In this document: positions 35,241-39,250 of the stretch, piece by piece
How the letters are laid out: each line of letters starts with the position of its first letter
Position numbering within the stretch: position 1 is the first letter of the stretch
IMG/VR virus record: IMGVR_UViG_3300020044_010916
Location: 1-39,250 of that record
Reading direction: 5' to 3' (one strand)
Length of the DNA stretch: 39,250 nt
Origin: a virus
Taxonomy: Duplodnaviria; Caudoviricetes
Program-made: the position numbers and the translations under genes
Notes under the pieces: model-generated
What the model was told of the DNA's origin: nothing
The model's database searches: none
Seen by the model: only the letters and a program-made list of their open reading frames with translations

Positions 35241-35384
35241 TCAAAATTTCTGCAAGTTCGTAAGAATGACGATAACGCCTTCAATCATCAAGCCCACACA
35301 TGCAATCGTCATCAGTCCCATGAAAAGGAGCAAGAGGAACAATCCGCAGAGCTGCAAGATCTTGTTCGTGTACTTATTTAGCAT
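35241..35384 (-). CDS. 47-aa hydrophobic membrane peptide
   Basis: MLNKYTNKILQLCGLFLLLLFMGLMTIACVGLMIEGVIVILTNLQKF; GAGGA SD; translated by hand. Confidence 0.6.
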   Translation of the reverse strand: MLNKYTNKILQLCGLFLLLLFMGLMTIACVGLMIEGVIVILTNLQKF

Positions 35385-35395
35385 GTTCAATGTCC

Positions 35396-35659
35396 TCAAG
35401 AGCAACGATAGGCAAGTCTTTCCTCTTTTTCCGGTTCTTTTTCCGGTTCTCTTTCGCTCTTTTGCTCATCGCTCCACCTTTCAAAATACTCTTCAAATCC
35501 AATTTTGCTTAGTGAGTAAGCAAGGTTAATGAATTCAATTATAGGGCAAGATTTCCGCTTTCCCGATGGTGCTTCTATCACGACCCAATCACAATTATGT
35601 CTAATGCGTACAATATACCCATAGGATTCTACGGTCTCCCAAGCTTGGGAAAGGTTCAT
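35396..35659 (-). CDS. Hypothetical protein
   Basis: 87 aa, ATGA overlap; EPEKEPEKE repeat. Confidence 0.65.
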   Translation of the reverse strand: MNLSQAWETVESYGYIVRIRHNCDWVVIEAPSGKRKSCPIIEFINLAYSLSKIGFEEYFERWSDEQKSEREPEKEPEKEERLAYRCS

Positions 35660-35877
35660 TCCATCACCCCGGATTCAAGCTCTTTGTCTGTGAGAAATCG
35701 CCCAAAATATGCCTTAAAAAACATCTGAATGGGTGACACATTGTCTCTCTCAAGGCTCTCATGAACGCGCCTTTCCAGGTCGGGGTCTCTCAACACCCGC
35801 CTATTCATTTCTTCCTGCATGACCAGCCTTAGCCGGTCTGCGGCCTCTTTGCTGAGTTCATTCCATCGCCTTTCCAC
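35656..35877 (-). CDS. Hypothetical protein
   Basis: 73 aa, GAGG SD. Confidence 0.6.
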   Translation of the reverse strand: MERRWNELSKEAADRLRLVMQEEMNRRVLRDPDLERRVHESLERDNVSPIQMFFKAYFGRFLTDKELESGVME

Positions 35878-36178
35878 CGCACGTTACCTCGTAATTTGGA
35901 GGGCTCTTTTCCTTAACCTGTCGAGCCAAGCCCTGATAGCTGAGAGAGCTAAGTGCTTGGCGTAACCTGTCTCTTTCTCGCTCTAGCTGCAGCCGGTAAT
36001 CCCATTGAGCCCCGCTTGTATCGAGTTTGCACAACTCCCTCTGTAATTTTTCAACTTCTTTTCCAAGCTGGAAAAACTGGAACAAATCTTCGAGAGAAAA
36101 TGATGTTTTTTGTGCTGCCCCAAAAATTATTCTGTCAATTTCTTTCTGCCGCGCTTCAATCTCGTCAAATTTGGTCAT
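35858..36178 (-). CDS. Hypothetical coiled-coil protein
   Basis: 106 aa, GGGAG SD. Confidence 0.65.
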   Translation of the reverse strand: MTKFDEIEARQKEIDRIIFGAAQKTSFSLEDLFQFFQLGKEVEKLQRELCKLDTSGAQWDYRLQLERERDRLRQALSSLSYQGLARQVKEKSPPNYEVTCGGKAME

Positions 36179-36210
36179 CTCTCATTCTCCCGATTGTTAC
36201 GTAATAACAC

Positions 36211-36366
36211 CTACTCATCTTCTCTCATCCTTCCAATCGTTACGTCTGCGCCAAGGGCTTTGGCGACGGTAATGCAGTCAACGCATTTCTCTGCTGTTTC
36301 CTTATCCACATCTGGAAAGTTAAGCTGAAATTTTGCCCAAGTAAGCGCCCAAGTTTTGTTTGACAT
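36211..36366 (-). CDS. Small hypothetical protein (MSNKTWAL...VTIGRMREDE)
   Basis: Fills the gap after VRR-NUC; frame supported by a synonymous duplicate of its tail; start uncertain. Confidence 0.5.
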   Translation of the reverse strand: MSNKTWALTWAKFQLNFPDVDKETAEKCVDCITVAKALGADVTIGRMREDE

Positions 36367-36682
36367 CTTCTGTTCCAGTCGCGATAAAGGCGATGCCTCC
36401 TCGCGCATTAATGGCTTGGATTGTATCCAGCTGGGCAGAGGAGATTTCTCCCCCTGGCCTTTTAACCTCGATCGCGAAGAAGCGGCCATCTGGGAGCACT
36501 CCAATGATGTCGGGCATTCCGACCTGAAGAGAGGGGAGAAACTTGTTACCTCTGTAAACCCTTGGCCCCGTGTACATGCGCCAATGGAAGATTTTAAAGT
36601 AACGTAATAATGTTTCGATAGACTTCACAATCAGGGATTCTTTAGGCGACCCCGCCAGCTTTCCGGGTGCTTTAGTTGTCAT
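36320..36682 (-). CDS. VRR-NUC domain nuclease (Holliday junction resolvase-like)
   Basis: ESLIVKSI...GMPDIIG...FFAIEVKRPGGEISSAQ PD-(D/E)xK motif. Confidence 0.92.
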   Translation of the reverse strand: MTTKAPGKLAGSPKESLIVKSIETLLRYFKIFHWRMYTGPRVYRGNKFLPSLQVGMPDIIGVLPDGRFFAIEVKRPGGEISSAQLDTIQAINARGGIAFIATGTEDVKQNLGAYLGKISA

Positions 36683-36959
36683 AATACAGCTCTACCACTC
36701 GAGGAAGCCCCTCTAATTGCTCCTTCATCAGTCGATTTGCTCGCACGGTTCTGATGATTTCCTCTGTTACTTCGAATCGCCGTTCGTGCAACTCCATCCA
36801 GTCTTCTTGTGTCTTATCAGCCACATTTTTCATGTCGGCATCAAGCACATCCAGCTCTTCTGAGAGGATATCGATGCGCTCCTCGGCTACTTCGATAGCT
36901 TCAAAAAGCTCAATCCGGTTGAGTTCGCGTGTGTCAGATGGGTCAATTTTTGTGGTCAT
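36672..36959 (-). CDS. Hypothetical acidic coiled-coil protein
   Basis: 95 aa, ATGA overlap. Confidence 0.65.
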   Translation of the reverse strand: MTTKIDPSDTRELNRIELFEAIEVAEERIDILSEELDVLDADMKNVADKTQEDWMELHERRFEVTEEIIRTVRANRLMKEQLEGLPRVVELYYDN

Positions 36960-37999
36960 TGCCGGCTTACTCCTAAAGCTCTATAATCGGACCCACTTAC
37001 TCTAAAAATGCGTGTAGTTCCCTTTAGTCTGCTTAAAAATCTTTCGTCAAAATGCTCTGATATCCCCTTGGGGTCTAGGTTCGTGGTGAAAAATGTGGGG
37101 AGTTTTCGTTCCATGCGGAAATTTAGAATCTCGTACCAGACGGATTGTGTGAAGTCCGTTGTCGCCCCAACCCCCAGATCGTCGATGACCAGCAAATCAC
37201 ACCGTAATGCATCATCTTTGAGCAGTTTGGCGCGATCTTTGTTGTGATTGTTTTCGGAAAAAGCGAGGCCCTTGTACTCATTCAGGAAGTTCAGAGCCCC
37301 GTGATAGCGCACCATCATGCGCTTTCTCAGGTACTTCGTAGCGATGGCGCATATGAGGTGACTCTTGCCGATGCCAGGACTCCCCAGAAGCATTACAGGC
37401 GGGTCTTTGGGCTTCCAGGCTGCAAGGACCTCAACCAACGGCTGATCACGCTGCCAGCGAGTCTTGGGCTGCCCCTGCTCATCCTCCACGACTACAGCCT
37501 CATCGGCTTTGATGCGTGTGGGGTTAAAGGCCTCGAATGTGCATTGCTGGGCCATTTCGAGGGGCAGATTTGCCGAAGCACAGCGATCCTCGAATTCTTT
37601 CTGGGTCATGTCGCGTTCGGGGCAGGGAGCCCCTTGCCCCCGGATGTAGGCGTCATGCGATTCTTTTGCGGCCAAAGCACACGCTTCATGTCCTGGTGAC
37701 GCGTCAAAATCACAGTCCCAGTAGGCCAATGCCCAATGTTTGGGCATATATTCGCTAGTGAATGGGGGCGAACGATGGCCCCCATCAAAATTTGCAGCAT
37801 CCTCGAAATTTTCAAAATACCGCGCAACGTAGCCGCTATCTGTGTGGATGTGTCTTAGCCACGCGGGCGATTTGCGCCACTTCACCGGCTGTTTGCACGT
37901 CCAACACCTGCCGCCGTTGGGATGGCATGGGGCATATTCATCCGTATAAGCCCTGGGTGGTGGCCCTGGCTTTGAGAACATAAGTTCAAAAATGCTCAC
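36956..37999 (-). CDS. DnaC/IstB-like AAA+ helicase loader
   Basis: Walker A GSPGIGKSHL, Walker B LLVIDDLG, PTFFTTNL, RFLSRL, GSDYR; N-terminal CxxC. Confidence 0.9.
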   Translation of the reverse strand: MSIFELMFSKPGPPPRAYTDEYAPCHPNGGRCWTCKQPVKWRKSPAWLRHIHTDSGYVARYFENFEDAANFDGGHRSPPFTSEYMPKHWALAYWDCDFDASPGHEACALAAKESHDAYIRGQGAPCPERDMTQKEFEDRCASANLPLEMAQQCTFEAFNPTRIKADEAVVVEDEQGQPKTRWQRDQPLVEVLAAWKPKDPPVMLLGSPGIGKSHLICAIATKYLRKRMMVRYHGALNFLNEYKGLAFSENNHNKDRAKLLKDDALRCDLLVIDDLGVGATTDFTQSVWYEILNFRMERKLPTFFTTNLDPKGISEHFDERFLSRLKGTTRIFRVSGSDYRALGVSRQ

Positions 38000-38008
38000 A
38001 ATATCCCC

Positions 38009-38893
38009 TCAGAATGGCAAGGCTTCGGCTTCGTAATCTACCGTGTCATTTTCTGCGCAAAGTGACTGTTTTTTTGGCTGCTTTTTCGTGTGCCCAGTTT
38101 CCATTTGCTTAAGGATATTGTCAATTTTTAGACGCCCGTTGGACTTCGATTTTACGAGTAATCTCGCGGCGCTTCGGCCATTGTCGAACCAAAATTCATG
38201 ATCTTCTTTGATGAACTCAAAGACCATTTTTAGCGCCGCTGGGGTCATCTTCTTGCGCTTGGCAACCTTGGCTAGGGCTACGTCATAATTTTTCGCCTGG
38301 AGAGCGTTCTCGGGGTGTTCTGCTCTCACCCAAGCTTCCCACTCTCTGCCGAGAGCGACGATTTCGGGGTCGATTGGTGCAGGCACATCTTTTTCAATGG
38401 GGGGGGGCGTTGCAAAGCGCTCTTCTTCTTTTCTTAGAGGGGGATCTGCTTCAATGGGATCTTCTTTATGTCTACGTGGTAGACTACCCTGGTCTTTCTC
38501 AGAGACTACCCCTAGTCTTTGTGGTAGACTACCCTGGTCTTTCTCAGAGACTACCCCCCCCTCTTTTTTGCATGGCAACCACACGCTTTTATCATTGACG
38601 GTTACATGATTTGTATTCTTGCACCCGTCTTTATCGACACTTCGAACGATCGAAATGATGTTCTTTTTTTCAAGTTTTTTGAGCGTAGATATGACTTTGC
38701 AGCGGGATATAAGGGTCGCTTCGCTAATACTCTTGATGCTTTCGAAGCAAGTCGATTTGAAGCCTGCACGCCGTGCAATGCGCCCGAGAATGCGGAACTC
38801 GTAGGGGTCTAAAAATATATCGTCTGCTTCAAGATCGAGCCAGATGAAGGGAGTCTTGCGGGAATCACTAACGACTATCATATCTTCGGCCAT
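38009..38893 (-). CDS. Replication initiator with N-terminal HTH (lambda O-analogous)
   Basis: CFESIKSISEATLISRCKVISTLKKLEKKNII wHTH; internal DNA repeats; upstream of the DnaC-like gene. Confidence 0.85.
   Translation of the reverse strand: MAEDMIVVSDSRKTPFIWLDLEADDIFLDPYEFRILGRIARRAGFKSTCFESIKSISEATLISRCKVISTLKKLEKKNIISIVRSVDKDGCKNTNHVTVNDKSVWLPCKKEGGVVSEKDQGSLPQRLGVVSEKDQGSLPRRHKEDPIEADPPLRKEEERFATPPPIEKDVPAPIDPEIVALGREWEAWVRAEHPENALQAKNYDVALAKVAKRKKMTPAALKMVFEFIKEDHEFWFDNGRSAARLLVKSKSNGRLKIDNILKQMETGHTKKQPKKQSLCAENDTVDYEAEALPF
38476..38557. repeat. Iteron array / probable replication origin inside the initiator gene
   Basis: 37-nt exact repeat at 38476 and 38521; AGACTACCC four times (38481, 38503, 38526, 38548). 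Confidence 0.85.
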
Positions 38894-39129
38894 ATCGTCC
38901 TTTCCTTGGACCCATGACCGGCCTGCCTCTAGTTACGATAAATGCTCAAAACTTGCGTATGAATCGCACTCATGGTACCCAAAAAGCAGTCCGTCCTTGG
39001 GACTCTAGAACCCTGGTCTTCGCGGTCTACCAAAACTAGCGATAACCGGGGTTATTTATTTCTGGCCGATCAGTAACATTGTACTTGTGTCCTGACAAGT
39101 TAGCCGAACCACAAAGCAAAATGCAAGAT
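38894..39129 (-). promoter_or_regulatory. Structured non-coding leader/promoter region of the replication operon
   Basis: GGA-loop hairpins at 38897-38911 and 38988-39004, long hairpin at 39009-39053, GTAACATTGTA box, TTGTCA. Confidence 0.6.
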
Positions 39130-39250
39130 GTGCCCGAAAAATGGGCTTTTTATCGCATTTCCCCGAAATCAAATTTGGCCAAATGCTTTTTGATGAGCTG
39201 GGCGACATACTTGTTCGCGCTCCGATCTTCCTGAGCTGCGAGAATCTTGA
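39130..39250. repeat. Terminal direct repeat, copy 2
   Basis: GTGCCCGAAAAATGGG...GAGAATCTTGA identical to 1-121. Confidence 0.97.

Larger units (their letters stand above)
1..39129. mobile_element. Complete tailed (podovirus-like) bacteriophage genome
   Basis: TerL, portal, MCP, adaptor, tail fibre, endolysin, Bet and DnaC-like genes plus terminal overlap; no host housekeeping genes. Confidence 0.93.

Noticed and set aside
38399-38407. G9 tract as a phase-variation switch
   Set aside because: Encodes a Pro linker in an intact, probably essential gene; no evidence of slippage from one sequence
38476-38557. Mini CRISPR array
   Set aside because: Only 8 nt between the 37-nt copies, in frame inside the initiator gene, no cas genes; iterons fit better
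1-39129. Stop-codon reassignment
   Set aside because: Hallmark genes are full length and densely packed under the standard bacterial code
39130-39250. 121-bp repeat as a biological terminal repeat
   Set aside because: It cuts through a coding gene and has a k-mer-like length; most simply an assembler circular overlap. Physical ends need read-terminus analysis.

Overview
This window appears to be a complete tailed dsDNA phage genome of about 39.1 kb. Positions 1-121 repeat exactly at 39130-39250, which suggests a circular assembly. It looks like a podovirus: it has a portal, adaptor, nozzle-like protein and ejection-type proteins, but no tape-measure, sheath or tube gene. Most genes lie on the minus strand. 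Recognisable modules are replication (HTH initiator with internal iterons, DnaC-like loader, VRR-NUC), recombination (Bet/RecT, Gp157-like), morphogenesis in a strongly scrambled order, lysis (three-domain endolysin, degenerate amidase, holin-like protein) and an inverted AntA-like antirepressor cassette. I see no integrase, ParA, tRNA, CRISPR array or reverse transcriptase. The most interesting signals are: (i) tandem GGA-loop hairpins of CsrA/RsmA type in three separate 5' leaders (initiator, major capsid, tail operon); (ii) two Acb2/Tad1-like helical-hairpin proteins that are candidate immune-signal sponges, one inside an accessory island; (iii) a family of small amphipathic Gly-zipper proteins between capsid and scaffold; (iv) a recurring GTAAC operator/junction motif alongside two ribbon-helix-helix proteins; (v) a TerS-like protein ending in a beta-clamp motif. 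All family calls come from motif recognition by eye; no database searches were run.
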